A program made the position numbers and the translations under genes. A stretch of 64,000 nucleotides of DNA, taken from contig NIVC01000423.1 of NCBI GenBank assembly GCA_002269645.1, positions 124,357-188,356 of the forward strand, given 5' to 3'. Position 1 is the stretch's first letter. Every line of letters starts with the position of its first letter. Shown one piece after another: positions 48,586 to 61,244 of the stretch. This DNA comes from Macrostomum lignano. Taxonomy: Eukaryota. The notes under the pieces were generated by a model that saw nothing but the letters and a program-made list of their open reading frames with translations, searched no databases and had not been told where the DNA came from.

Positions 48586-49592
48586 TGGGTGTTGCGATGA
48601 CCGGGCTGTCCGCAGCTATAGCAGATTATAGCTCTCTTTGGCGGGCTGGCTACCTGCTGTTGGTCACGCTGCACCAGGTGATCCAGCATTCGCTGCTGCT
48701 TCTCAATCAAGTCGGTTAGAGTCAGCAAGGCTTGGGCGGTGACGTCGGTTTTCGGGTCGCCGTCCTCCTCCCCGTCCAACATCCTAACCGGGGGTTGAGC
48801 GGTTCGTTGCGCCAATTCTTTGGCGCCTTCTAGTCGTCGTAGTTCTCGAATCGCAGCAAGAAGATTGTTCGGGCGAACCCAGTACAGCCGTTCACGCAAG
48901 TCTGGCGTCGTCCGGATACCAGCGAGAAATTGATCCGCAATCTCCTTCTCGCGGTCTTCAGGGTGCATCCGAGGATACGCACGTTCACCCAGAGTTCTCA
49001 GGGCGTCAGCAAACTCTTCTGCTGACTCATTCTTGCCTTGTTGACGACGCCTCAACAGCTCTCTGTACTCATCAGCACCACCATGACGGGCAAATCGCTC
49101 AATCAGACGCTGCTTGACCTCCTCGTAGCTGGCGAAACGCGGAAGATTCATACTAAGCAAAGAAGGATATGCAGTAGCCAAATCAAGACTCGCGATGAGG
49201 TGTTGCTTCATCTCGAACGGGTCGACTATGCGCTCCATCTCGCAACGCTGCTCGAACGCGGCAAGCCAGACATGAATGTCCTGACTTGGAGTAAACTTCA
49301 CAATTTTAACTTGTTTACTCACGGGCCGCTCCATCTGCTGCTGCAGAGCTGCCATCATGGTCCTCACGTCCTGGTGCGTGATGTTCCGGCCGATGTTGTC
49401 CAGGCCTTGCAGAAGCTCGTCTGGCGGGTCGTCGGACACGTCGCTTCTCGCACCTTGCCTCGGCGTTGGCTGCTGACCAAAGTCGTTGATCGCTGCTGCT
49501 GCTGCGGCGGCTTCTGCTGCCGCAGGCCTCGAACTGCTGATGTGCTGATCCAGCCGGCTGCTGCACCGGCTCTCGTCTCGCTCGTTGAACAT
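48417..49592 (-). CDS. gag: Element 2 gag with CCHC zinc knuckle
   Basis: First ATG after the PBS is at 49592; CYSCGQPGHRNTQC knuckle. Confidence 0.9.
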   Translation of the reverse strand: MFNERDESRCSSRLDQHISSSRPAAAEAAAAAAAINDFGQQPTPRQGARSDVSDDPPDELLQGLDNIGRNITHQDVRTMMAALQQQMERPVSKQVKIVKFTPSQDIHVWLAAFEQRCEMERIVDPFEMKQHLIASLDLATAYPSLLSMNLPRFASYEEVKQRLIERFARHGGADEYRELLRRRQQGKNESAEEFADALRTLGERAYPRMHPEDREKEIADQFLAGIRTTPDLRERLYWVRPNNLLAAIRELRRLEGAKELAQRTAQPPVRMLDGEEDGDPKTDVTAQALLTLTDLIEKQQRMLDHLVQRDQQQVASPPKRAIICYSCGQPGHRNTQCPTRQNQGNGQAESDNGTALREVQAQATWQTPRGHQKKRMSAVQAPMPSPTVARQ

Positions 49593-50839
49593 GTTGAACT
49601 CGTCGTAGTCGCTGGCCGATGTCGTTCTCGAAAGAGCGGTTGGCTTGGGTGTGTCGTAGTCGGATCTCACCGCTGCGTCACCAGTGTTGTACCTGTGGTT
49701 GTCCTGCTGTACAGCGCAGTGACTTGGGCTCCGTCCTCTCACTTAGAAGCCTTCTTAACTTTAGTAGCGTAGGTAGTGCTGCCACCAGTTCCTTCAGGTC
49801 TCGGCCTTCGGTGAGGTGAGCTTCCCGTCGGAACGAAATAATGAAGTCAACGAACACAGCACGACGTGCAGATTTGCAGCTCAACGTATAAGGCGTCTCG
49901 TCAGCAGCACCTGCCGGGCTTGGATGGTACAGGGAGGGCTGAGTTAGCCTCTCGTAGACTTGGATTGGTTTGGTCGGGTCTCAGTCGGAGCAATAGGAAC
50001 AGAATCAATGTGCGCAAAGACTCGGACACTCGGGACTTAGTCACACGCGGACGTAGAACTCGAGGTTGAACAGAAGGAAGACTCCTTGACGGAAACAAGG
50101 GGGAGAGGGCTCCTATTTATAGCCGGGAAATTCCCACGCTCCAGACCTCGTGACTTGTTCTATTTTTAGAACTGACGTCACTCGAGAGTCTTGGGCAGGG
50201 TACAAGCGCGCGGAAGACCTCGTGACTTGTTCTATTTTTAGAACTGACGTCACTTGAGGTCCCCGGCCAGAGTACACGCGGCTGTGACTCAGTTGCTATT
50301 TTTAGCAACATGAGTCACTCCTCTCCTTAGAGAAGGGAAGGGTCCGAAAGCACGTGACTCACCCGGTAAACAGGGCCAACGAGTGCAGTAAACATGTTTA
50401 CTGCACTTTAAGACTCAAAGAACGCAAGAACTGTCATGTGACTTGCTCACAAGACAGGGAAAACGGGACGGGAGCGAAACAGAGACAGCCCACAGTCGAG
50501 AGACTGAGGGCTGAGAACGGAAACGCAACAGGGCGGAAAGGACACGGGGGCAACAGGCAAGCGAAAGGAGGGCGGGAAGCTGACCAGCGGCAGACAGCAA
50601 CCCAAAGGGAGGGCGAGGGAACGGCTGACAAGGGTGACGCCTAGCCATAAACTAGCGGCTCACTACATTAGTGTTTGATTTTAACTGCATAGTGTGTTGA
50701 CTCATTAGATCTGATTTTTATACAATTTTACTCAATTGTTTACATACTGATTTATCTATGATTGATCAAACTTTTTGAAATTTTCCTTTCTGCAATTTTT
50801 CACGTTTAAATGTTTGCAAGATTAGGGATACTACCGTAC

Positions 50840-51985
50840 TACCCCTGAGTCAGCTACCATTGAGTCTGAACTCTCAGCTACCCCTGAGTCATAACTTCAG
50901 CTACCCCTGAGTCAGAATCCTCAGCTACCCCTGAGTCAGAATCTTCAGCTACCCCTGAGTCAGAATCCTCAGCTACCCCTGAGTCTGAATCCTCAGCTAC
51001 CCCTGAGTCGGAATCCCAAGCCACCCCTGAGTCGGAATCCTCAACTACCACTGAGTGTGAATCCTCAGCTACCCCTGAGTGTGAATCCTCAGCTACCCCT
51101 GAATCGGAATCTTCAGCTACCCCTGAGTCGGAGTCCTCAGCTACCCCTGAGTCGGAATCTTCAGCTACCCCTGAGTCGGAATCCTCAGCTACCCCTGAGT
51201 CTGAATCCTCAGCTACCCCTGAGTCTGAATCTTCAGCTACCCCTGAGTCTGAATCTTCAGCTACCCCTGAGTCTGAATCCTCAGCTACCCCTGAGTCTGA
51301 ATCCTCAGCTAACCCTGAGTGTGAATCCTCAGCTACTTCTGAATCGGAATCTTCAGCTACCCCTGAGTCGGAGTCCTCAGCTACCCCTGAATCGGAATCT
51401 TCAGCTGCCCCTGAGTCGGAGTCCTCAGCTACCCCTTAATCGGAATCTTCAGCTACCTCTGAGTCGGAGTCCTCAGCTACCCCTGAGTCGGATTCTTCAG
51501 CTACCCCTGAGTGTGAATCCTCAGCTACCCCTGAGTCTGAATCTTCAGCTACCCCTGCGTGTGAATCCTCAGCTACCCCTGAGTCGGAAACTTCAGCTAC
51601 CCCAAGTGTGAATCCTCAACTACCACTGAGTATGAATCCTCAGCTACCCCTGAGTCGGAATCTTCAGCTACCCCTGAGTCGGAATCCTCAGCTACCCCTG
51701 AGTCGGAATCCCAAGCTACCCCTGAGTCGGAATCCTCAACTACCACTGAGTGTGAATCCTCAGCTACCCCTGAGTCGGAATCCTCAGCTACCCCTGAGTC
51801 GGAATCCCAAGCTACCCCTGAGTCGGAATCCCAAGCTACCCCTGAGTCGGAATCCTCAACTACCACTGAGTGTGAATCCTCAGCTATCCCTGAGTCGGAA
51901 TCTTCAGCTACCCCTGAGTCGGAATCCTCAGCTACCCCTGAGTCGGAATCCTCAGCTACCCCTGAGTCTGAATCCTCAGCTACCC
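50840..51985. repeat. 24-bp minisatellite (CAGCTACCCCTGAGTCGGAATCCT)n
   Basis: Tandem units; 8-aa periodic ORFs. Confidence 0.97.
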
Positions 51986-52131
51986 TAGTGACTGAGTCCC
52001 CAGCTACATTGAATCTCCATCACTATTGTTTCAGTTCAAAGTAGAAGCCGTTTAATTCGCTCAGCTTCACACTTATCAAAGAAGACAGAAGACATAATTT
52101 TTACAAGAAGCAACTCAATTAAAGATTAAAA

Positions 52132-52523
52132 ATGCAGCAAGCGTCAGGAAAAGTGCTCACCCTTGAGTCGATGAACCCGTGCGTGAAACGACTCGAATAC
52201 GCCGTTCGCGGACCCATAGTTGCTAGGGCTACTCAACTAGAGAAGGAATTAAAATCCGGCGCTACTAAGCCATTTTCCGAGGTCATCAGGTGCAACATTG
52301 GCGACTGTCACGCTATGGGCCAGAAGCCAATCACCTTTCTGCGCCAGGTGATTGCTGTGCTCTCCGATCCCAGCCTGATGGACTCTGACCGCTATCCCGC
52401 CGATGTCAAGGCCAGGGCTAAGCGGATTCTGGAGGGCTGCGGGGGTGGCAGCGTGGGCGCCTACAGCGCCTCCTGCGGCGTGCCCGTTATTAGGGAAGAC
52501 TGCGCCAAGTATATTGAGGCTCG
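52132..52523 (+). CDS. GPT: Alanine aminotransferase paralogue B, exon 1
   Basis: [42 protein letters not shown]; GTGAGG donor at 52524 (phase 2). Confidence 0.95.
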
Positions 52524-52639
52524 GTGAGGCCTGACTTTTGTTGATTGCTGTTTATCTAGGCGTTTCTTTGTTCTTGATTCAAAAGGCGGGACGCATATTC
52601 CCAGATCCCAAGGCGATTCCCAAGTTATGATTCTTGTCC

Positions 52640-53605
52640 CAAATAAGGATTCTACTCCCAAAAAGGGGTTCTTCTAAATAGGGATTCTCCTCCCAATAGG
52701 GACTCTTCTAAATAGGGATTCTCCCAAGTAGGGATTTTTATAAATAGGGATTCTTCTCCCAAATAGGGATTCCTCCCAAATGGGGATTCTAATCCCAAAT
52801 AGGGATTCTTCTAAATAGGGATTCCTCTCCCAAATACGGATTCGACTCCCAAATAGGGATTCTTCTTCCAAATAGGGATTCTTCTTCCAAATAGGGATTC
52901 TTCTTCCAAATAGGATTCTTCTTCCAAATAGGGATTCTTCTTCCAAATAGGGATTCTTCTCCCAAATACGGATTCGACTCCCAAATAGGGATTCTTCTTC
53001 CAAATAGGGATTCTTCTCCCAAATAGGGATTCTACTCCCAAATAGGGATTCTTCCAAATAGGGATTCTTCTTCCAAATAGGGATTCTTCTTCCAAATAGG
53101 GATTCTTCTTCCAAATAGGGATTCTTCTCCCAAATAGGGATTCTTCTCCCAAATAGGGATTCTTCTTCCAAATAGGGATTCTTCTTCCAAATAGGGATTC
53201 TTCTCCCAAATAGGGATTCTTCTTCCAAAATAGGGATTCTTCTCCCAAATAGGGATTCTTCCAAATAGGGATTCTTCTTCCAAATAGGGATTCATCTAAA
53301 TAGGGATTCTCCTCCCAAGTAGGGATTTTTATAAATAGGGATTTTTCTAAATAGGGATTCTCCTCCCAAGTAGGGATTTTTATAAATAGGGATTCTTCTC
53401 CCAAATAGGGATTCCTCCCAAATGGGGATTCTAATCCCAAATAGGGATTCTTCCAAATAGGGATTCTTCTCCCAAATACGGATTCTAATCCCAAATAGGG
53501 ATTCTTCTTCCAAATAGGGATTCTTCTTCCAAATAGGGATTCTTCTTCCAAATAGGGATTCTTCTCCCAAATAGGGATTCTTCCAAATAGGGATTTTTCT
53601 TCCAA
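52640..53605. repeat. 19-20-bp minisatellite (CCAAATAGGGATTCTTCTT)n in ALT-B intron 1
   Basis: Tandem units. Confidence 0.95.
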
Positions 53606-53760
53606 ATATCAATTCTACTAAATCTTATCCCAAATACCAAACCCGTATCATTATCCTAAAATCACCAGCTTAAAAATCCCTGTTTACAATCCTTCAACTT
53701 CCCCATCATATCGTTCCCAAATCTACAACTGTGACTAATCCCAAATCCTCACTCCTTCAG

Positions 53761-54205
53761 AGACGGCATCCCCGCTAACCCTGAGAACATCTTTCTGACT
53801 TCGGGCGCCAGCGAAGCTGTCAAGGCGGTGCTGGAACTTCTGGCAACTGGACAGGAGGGAGCCGATCAGCCTGGCGTGATGGTCCCCATACCGCAGTATC
53901 CTCTGTACTCAGCCAGCATCAGCCAGTACAATCTGCAGACTGTGCCCTACTACCTGGAAGAATCAGACAATTGGAGTCTGAGCCAGGCTGAGCTGCGCCG
54001 AGCCTACGATGAAGCTGTTGGTAAATGCAAGCCTCGCGCTTTGGTTGTGATTAATCCAGGAAATCCCACTGGCCAGGTACTGCGCAAAGAAATAATCGAA
54101 GATGTGATTCGATTTGCCAAGGAGAAGAACTTGTTCATTCTGGCTGATGAAGTCTATCAGCACAATGTGTACGCGGAGGGGGCCAAGTTTTACAGCTTCA
54201 AGCAG
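53761..54205 (+). CDS. GPT: ALT paralogue B, exon 2
   Basis: RDGIPANPENIFLTSGASEAV...LADEVYQHNVY; CAG acceptor and GT donor at 54206. Confidence 0.95.
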
Positions 54206-54301
54206 GTCAGTTGCTGTTTCTAATACTAAATCTTTAATCCATTGACTTCTTGAGCTTGACAGTCTGGTTCCCTAACCTACAATTTCATTCACTCTCTTAG
54301 A

Positions 54302-54650
54302 GGGGCCGTAGCCCAGTGGTCTAGCGCCGCGCTCTGATATGCCAACTAACGGCCCAGGCTCGATTCCAAGTGCAGTCACATTAATTTGCGGCTAAACTAA
54401 ATTGGAATCTCGGCTTGGCTCTGCTTGTGCAATTAACGCCCTTCAGGACCAACCCCCAAGGCACAGTGAAATGTACATGTCTATAACGATAATAAAGTTA
54501 GGGTCGCTGTACACTCCTGTGAGTGTGTGCCTGTGCGTATGACTGAGTACGTATCCGCGCGCTTGTATGCCGGCTCAGGGTCGCCGGTTGTGTGACACAA
54601 TGTCACTTGAAGTGCGCCAGGGTGCACCACAGATACTAGAATAAGTAGAT
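54302..54650 (+). mobile_element. tRNA-derived SINE-like element in ALT-B intron 2
   Basis: A-box TAGCCCAGTGG (54309-54319) and B-box-like GGCTCGATTCC (54357-54367) followed by non-tRNA body; 3' end and TSD not resolved. Confidence 0.55.
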
Positions 54651-55142
54651 GGGCCACTCATCACATTTGCGTGTAAACTACTTTCAGTTCAGTAGTAAGT
54701 TATAAACCGAAGCATTTTAATGCATTTTTAAAGCCAAGGCTCATTTATTGGTTCTTACCCCCGCTTAAACGCTCCAACCGCGCCTTTCCACACTACCCCC
54801 GCCCTGCCCCGCCCTGCCCGCCCCAATTTTTATTGCCTTTCTCGGAATTCCAGCCTAAAGCTACTATGTACATTTCAGTGGACTGGCCAGTGTACATTAT
54901 TGCTGAACCAATTAGCAAGTTTGTTTACGCCTGCAAGCTTTTGGGCTTCTAAACTTATCAAAGTCATTTCAGCCGCCTTTTTTTATTAAATAGCTTATGT
55001 ATTCTTCTTTGCTACTAAACTGAAAGTAGAAAGCTGTTTTACTAAGTATATGCCTGAGTGGCCCATCTAGTTATTCTAGTATCTGTGGGGTGCACACAGC
55101 CTACTGCCTCTAATGAACACACAATGACACTCTTTACTGTAG

Positions 55143-55668
55143 GTGCTGCACGGCATGGGCGACGCCTACTTCAAGGAGATGGAGCTGGCCTCGTTCATGT
55201 CGGCCAGCAAAGGCTACATGGGCGAGTGCGGCTTCCGCGGTGGCTACTGCGAGCTGGTCAACATGGACCCGAGGTTCAGGCCATGCTGTACAAGCAGCTC
55301 AGCGCCCGCCTGTGCTCCGTGGTCATGGGCCAGGCCATCCTAGATGTGATTATGAACCCGCCAAAGCCCGACGAGCCATCATTCGCTGAGCACGAGCGTG
55401 AGAAGTCTCAGGTGCTCGGCGACCTGAAGCTGAAAGCTCAAATGGCCACTGAGACGTTCAACAGCATACCCGGAATGCGCTGCAATCCGGTTCAGGGCGC
55501 CATGTACGCTTTTCCCAGCATTGAGCTGCCGCCCAAGCTGATTGAGGAGGCCAAGGCGAAGGGAATGCAGCCGGATGCGATGTACTGCACCGCACTGCTG
55601 GAGGAGAAGGGCGTCTGTGTTGTGCCCGGGTCGGGCTTCGGTCAGCGACCCGGCACCTACCACTTTAG
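55143..55668 (+). CDS. GPT: ALT paralogue B, exon 3 (1-nt frameshift at ~55268-55271)
   Basis: SASKGYMGECGFRGGY, then a frame change at GACCCGAG; the exon is 526 nt versus 527 nt in paralogue A. Confidence 0.9.
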
Positions 55669-56004
55669 GTTTGTATATACGAGTATCCTCTGTCTAGATC
55701 TGTTAATTTGCACTACTTAACTGATTGCTTTAGTGAATAAATTCATCCGATTTGATTGATTCGCTAAAGTAAGTGAAGTTTCAAGTAATGAATCTACGAT
55801 CGACATTAAAAAACCTCGCCTACCTACAAATTACTAACGCGAGGTATAATTTTAAAATATAAGACAAAAGTACATCAGTTTTTTTCGAAACCATACATTC
55901 GATAAACCGATTGACTCCCATCAGCTCCACGCGTGCAGTGTGGACATTTAGTGGGAACAAACCGGAGGGGTAGGATACATCAATTCATTTAACCTAGTAT
56001 TAAC

Positions 56005-57450
56005 TAGGGAATACAAAATACCGAGTTTTGCCAATCCCGGGATTCTCTGGATCGTGATATCCCGGACTTTGTCAATCCCGGGATTCTCTGGATCGGGGTA
56101 TCCCGGACTTCGAAAATCCCGCGATTCTCTTGATCGGGATATCCCGGACTTCGAAAATCCCGGGATTCTCTGGATCGGGATATCCCGGACTTCGAAAATC
56201 CCGGGATTCTCGGGATCGGGATATCCCGGACTTCGAAAATCCCGCGATTCTCTGGATCGGGATATCCCGGACTTCGAAAATCCCGGGATTCTCTGGATCG
56301 GGATATCCCGGACTTCGAAAATCCCGGGATTCTCGGGATCGGGATATCCCGGACTTCGAAAATCCCGGGATTCTCTGGATCGGGATATCCCGGACTTCGA
56401 AAATCCCGGATTCTCGGGATCGGGATATCCCGGACTTCGAAAATCCCGGGATTCTCGGGATCGGGATATCCCGGACTTCGAAAATCCCGGGATTCTCGGG
56501 ATCGGGATATCCCGGACTTTGCCAATCCCGGGATCCCGAAAAGTTGGGCCGGGATCCCGGATTAAAAAAGTTTCTAATTTTTGTTGGTGCATTTTTGGTT
56601 TACGAAGCCATCTAATCTGATTTTAAATGGCCTTCAGAATTGGAGTGTGATGTACGGACTGGCATATTAGACGTGCTTTTTTACGACCTATGGCGCGAGG
56701 TATTGATACTAGGTTAGAAGGGGATCAGACCTCCACCCTCCCAGGGGCACCCCCCCCCCCTAGATGGAGAACTGGTAGCTTGGGTTGTGGGCCCATTCCG
56801 ATAGTAAGGTCCCACTGTTCTAATCCCAGCTATGGCCAATGAGTTTTGGAGGTAGAGACTGCTTAAAGTACATGTAGTTCTGCCACCACCCCTATGCTGG
56901 GCATCTATAAAGGGTTTCTTAGCTAACAGTGCTAAGAATGAGGTCTTCCGCATAAAGGGGGGCTTCTGATCTGCACAAGGTCGAGACCCCCTAATTTTAG
57001 CTGGGTTTGAGATAGAGGGAGAGTTCCAATGAACAACGATTGACTCCCGTCTGGCAAGCTATAGCGCTGCGATCGGAAATAATGAAGAATTGGCCTCCCT
57101 CTATTGCTTCGGACTCTGTGCATAGGTTTTAGAATAATAGTTACATTAGTCTGCGAGTACCATATGCACACAGTTGCGCGTACATTATTACACCTGAAAT
57201 CTCCTACGATCTGCCCTGCAGCACTAGCCTTCTCACAAGCCTGCATGTTTAAAAGATTATTAAATCATAGCCGGCCAACTGGGTTAGGATTTTCACCTGA
57301 CATTAGCTCAGCTGCAGATACTACTGCTCGAGATTGAATGATGGAATTATTGCAAACTGGGCTCGGGATCCCGATAGTCAATCCCGGGATTTTCGAATCC
57401 CAGACAAGTGTGATCCCGGGGATTTCGGGATCCCGGGATTGTATTCCCTA
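56005..57450. mobile_element. TIR element (TAGGGAATACAA) with an internal 41-bp palindrome-rich array at ~56030-56530
   Basis: TAGGGAATACAA at 56005 and TTGTATTCCCTA ending at 57450; ATCCCGGGAT subterminal motifs; no 8-bp TSD seen. Confidence 0.65.
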
Positions 57451-57692
57451 AGTGTGAATTCGGGTGGCTGGTCGGGGTTGCAGCGAGACTAGGAGACCAG
57501 CTATAAAAATCGATAAGCCCCTCACCGCTTTACTCACCCTGCTTCCGCAAATCCACACGTACAGACTGTATTTTGACTATAATCAGATAAGTGGCACTCT
57601 TGGACTGGTAGTGTTTATCCGTTATGTTAACCGTTTAATCTGCTACTTGCCTTATTAAATATCGTGATTTTTTGTCTCATCTCATCCCACAG

Positions 57693-57783
57693 GATGACGA
57701 TTTTGCCGCCAGTCGAGAAGCTAAAGAATGTGATGCAAATTTTCAAAGAATTTCACGAGAGCTACGTGAACCGCTACAAATAA
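57693..57783 (+). CDS. GPT: ALT paralogue B, exon 4 (stop)
   Basis: R|MTILPPVEKLKNVMQIFKEFHESYVNRYK*; CACAG acceptor. Confidence 0.92.
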
Positions 57784-58399
57784 TTTGAATCGTAGAGAGA
57801 TGATTTAATTAACAGAATAATCATTTTTGACCGTGACGTTTTTTGTGTAAGCTTGTTGTGTCCTGTCATATTGAGTAGTGGACCGCCGCCCCGCAACTTA
57901 GTTATTAATTATCAGATTTTGCATAGCTGTACTTTTAACTCCCCCGATTTAAAATATTTTGAAGTAGAAATATTTAAGAGAATCACAGCTTTCAAGCGCT
58001 CATATCTAGACTTTCATCGCATGTTATTTGCTTTTTTAAGTTATCTACCATCTACAAGCTATGATTTTTTTCTTTAATCAAGATACGAGCTAAACAAGTT
58101 CTACTCTAAGTAGTCTACTATAGAATGTTGCTTGGCATCGCAATCGCCTGTTTTTCCATAGTGTTATCCGAGTGAATAATAGTTTTCGTGAACACTTTAG
58201 AAGCTTCTTACTTATTATTTAGTCTGTCTTCTATTCAACCTTTTCTGCACTCTAGCAATTTAATAGCAATTTAAAGTATTAGGCAACAAATTAAAGTAGA
58301 CGTACGTCCTTCCAACCAAAAAATAGTTTTTTTTCTGAGCAAATATATTTAGACTCAATTTGTTTGTTCTTCTGCTCTTTTCATTTCTGGCATCGCTTC

Positions 58400-59170
58400 A
58401 AGAGACAGGGCCAGGGGCGCTTAATACCTAAGAGACAGGGGCGCTCAATACCTAAGAGACAGGGGCGCTCAATACCTAAGAGACAGGGGCGCTCAATACC
58501 TAAGAGACAGGGGTGCTCAATACCTAAGAGACAGGGGCATCCACTACCTAAGAGACAGGGGTGCCCACTACATAAGAGACAGGGGTGCCCACTACCTAAG
58601 AGACAGGGGCATCCACTACCTAAGAGACAGGGGTGCCCACTACCTAAGAGACAGGGGCATCCACTACCTAAGAGACAGGGGCATCCACTACCTAAGAGAC
58701 AGGGGTGCCCACTACCTAAGAGACAGGGGCATCCACTACCTAAGAGACAGGGGCATCCACTACCTAAGAGACAGGGGCGCCCACTACCTAAGAGACAGGG
58801 GCGTCCACTACCTAAGAGACAGGGGCGCCCACTACCTAAGAGACAGGGGCATCCACTACCTAAGAGACAGGGGCGCCCACTACCTAAGAGACAGGAGCAT
58901 CCACTACCTAAGAGACAGGGGCGCCCACTACCTAAGAGACAGAGACGCCCACTACCTAAGAGACAGGGGTGCCCACTACCTAAGAGACAGAGACGCCCAC
59001 TACCTAAGAGACAGGGGCGCCCACTACCTAAGAGACAGAGACGCCCACTACCTAAGAGACAGGGGTGCCCACTACCTAAGAGACAGAGACGCCCACTACC
59101 TAAGAGACAGGGGCGCCCACTACCTAAGAGACAGAGACGCCCACTACCTAAGAGACAGGGGCGCCACTGC
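58400..59170. repeat. 24-bp minisatellite (CCTAAGAGACAGGGGCGCCCACTA)n
   Basis: Tandem units; 8-aa periodic ORFs. Confidence 0.97.
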
Positions 59171-59240
59171 CTACGAGACGAGCGCCCTTGAAAGAGAATC
59201 ATATTTTAAAAAATCGTGTATTTTAATTTAAACTTTTTCA

Positions 59241-59820
59241 GCATCGAATGTCCACCTCGTCGCATCAAATACTTGTAGAGCCCTCTTGCCGGCAGCTTAG
59301 GATGTTAATTCAACGCCATCTGGCCAAAGGATGTCGATGCTGTTTGCACGTTGTTGCAGTCTCTGCTCCTAGTAGCAGTAACATTGTTAGTCGAACCATT
59401 CCTTTGTGCTCGAATCCCGACGATTCATGCCTATCGGAGTCTTCAGCAGCATCGGACAAGTGCTTACCAATGTCTGCTAGCGATCTCAGCATCCTGGATG
59501 AAGCTGCAGTCAAAACAAGCGATGATGACAACAATTTTGATGACGATTGCGAAGCTGCTGGTTTATTAAATTTATTGTCGCTGTCAAAGTTGACAGACAA
59601 TAATTGTGATGAGTTTGTTAATAATGATGGTTCGGCAAGCGCTGGTCGAGCTTCGAGTACACCTGTACCGCCAGGCGCTTCTCCCTGTGCTGCTGAGCCC
59701 GAGCTTGAACTGTCTATGGCCGAACCGTTGAACTCGGCTACTGGGCAGGATTCACTGATGGAGAGCGTGCCAAACCGATCTCTGCTGTGCAAGTACAGGC
59801 TGTACTGTTCTCGGCGTTGA
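59241..59820 (+). CDS. Possible coding exon of unknown product (Ser/Asp-rich)
   Basis: ~190-codon non-repetitive ORF directly after an acceptor-like TTTTTCAG (59233-59240); no family recognised. Confidence 0.3.
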
Positions 59821-60115
59821 TGGAGTTATTCATTTCCGTACCTTTTGTTTTGTTCAAAAATTTTGCTTTCTCTTTTGGTATTCATTTTTACAAACTGCTC
59901 GTCTGTTTCTGCCTGCACAGCCAACCTGACCGTTGAAAGCTTTACCGGGACAAGAATTGCTATAGTGTCATTGCAAAGAACTCTCGGGCGATTCTTGTGA
60001 CTTTTTAACGACTCAAACGACTGCAATACATGTACGACTGAGAGGCGACTGTAACGTGAACTCTTAACGTGCGTTGTAGAATCGTAAGAGTTGCGAAAAA
60101 GTCGTCTAGCAGAGA

Positions 60116-60485
60116 GTCGTTGTGTTAGCGCTTGGATTTCTACTAACTCAAGTAGACTGAATAGAGTTGTTAAAAATGCAAAATGCGATCCTGATTTATG
60201 AAGTGACCCAGGTGCACTTTAGATGCAACTCAGTGATTCTGCAGCGACTCTGGCACGCCTTGGATACGACTCTGCGGCCCAAGAGTCATTTAGAAGTCCG
60301 CAAACAATAAGACGCCCCAAATTGACTCTTAGGACAACTAATTGACGACTTTTTGGCGACTCCTACCTAGAGTCGCCTAGAGTCACTTATCCTATTTTAC
60401 CTGTGTTACCTGCAACAACTTTGAAACAAAGCTGGGGCAACGCAAGTGACTCTAGAATGCTTCTTGGTTTAAGTACCATTTTCAT
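60116..60485. mobile_element. Dispersed repeat of unknown class, copy 2
   Basis: Collinear similarity to 38006-38340. Confidence 0.6.
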
Positions 60486-61244
60486 CGGGCTAACTACCTT
60501 CCTGCCTTCCTACATGCTTACGAGTACCTGTCTATCAGAATACCTAGTCTACATATCATATGCATGAATGTACTAATTTTTAGTATATAGGATTACACCT
60601 TATATCGTATGAAATTCTATGATTTAAGTCTAATGGTTTACTGCAAATATCACGCATTTCGAAGTATTTTTTGTTAAGTCCGTTTTTTTAATTATTTACC
60701 CCGTGGGTATTTGCATGTACCGTTTTTGTGTTGAATCGTTGTTTTTATCTTACTATTAGTAGTTGCATTATTGCAGAGCACAAGGTTAATATTGGTGTAA
60801 TTTGATTAAACTACTCGTAGATACATTTTTTCCAGCATTTTTACTCTTATTCTTATTTATTTACTGATATCGAGTTCGTGTATAAATGCGTGTATTTTTC
60901 TCTGTGTTCGCACTTCGTCACACTAAAATGTATATAGAGTTTAACTATTGCGCTTTTACATTTTATTCGTGTTTCCATGTAGTAGCTGAATGGTAGCTCG
61001 TAAATCACCTGACCTACAGTATGTTTTTTATTACTATTCACTGGCGGCTTGAGTATTGCTTCAAAAAACGTTACATTGAAGCTATAATGCTGTGCTTTAT
61101 TTCTATGAGCTGGTAGCTGATCACCGAAGCTGTGAAAACATCCTTGCGTTTGAGTAATTTATTCAATATTTTGATTATCGTACGCTAGCTTTTTCTGCTT
61201 AGAACGAATTTGTATAGACAGCTGCATAACTACACTAGAAAGCC

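Larger units (their letters stand above)
40919..50667 (-). mobile_element. Young full-length Ty3/gypsy LTR retrotransposon (element 2), 9749 bp
   Basis: LTRs 49685-50667 (983 bp) and 40919-41973 (1055 bp), TGTAG...CAACA; TSD TTAG; PBS TGGTGACGCAGCGG; PPT GGGGAGAG; domain order gag-PR-RT-RH-IN. Confidence 0.97.

Noticed and set aside
49665-49684. Assignment of a specific primer tRNA to the PBS
   Set aside because: It partly resembles tRNA-Leu-type 3' ends but does not match cleanly; the host tRNA set is needed.
49038-49772. Antisense ORFs over gag and pol (also 34018-34557, 30697-31470, 43070-43426)
   Set aside because: Expected shadows of GC-rich coding strands; no motifs recognised.
54302-54375. 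tRNA gene
   Set aside because: A and B boxes are present, but the 5' GGGGCCG has no complementary acceptor strand and I cannot fold a convincing anticodon arm.
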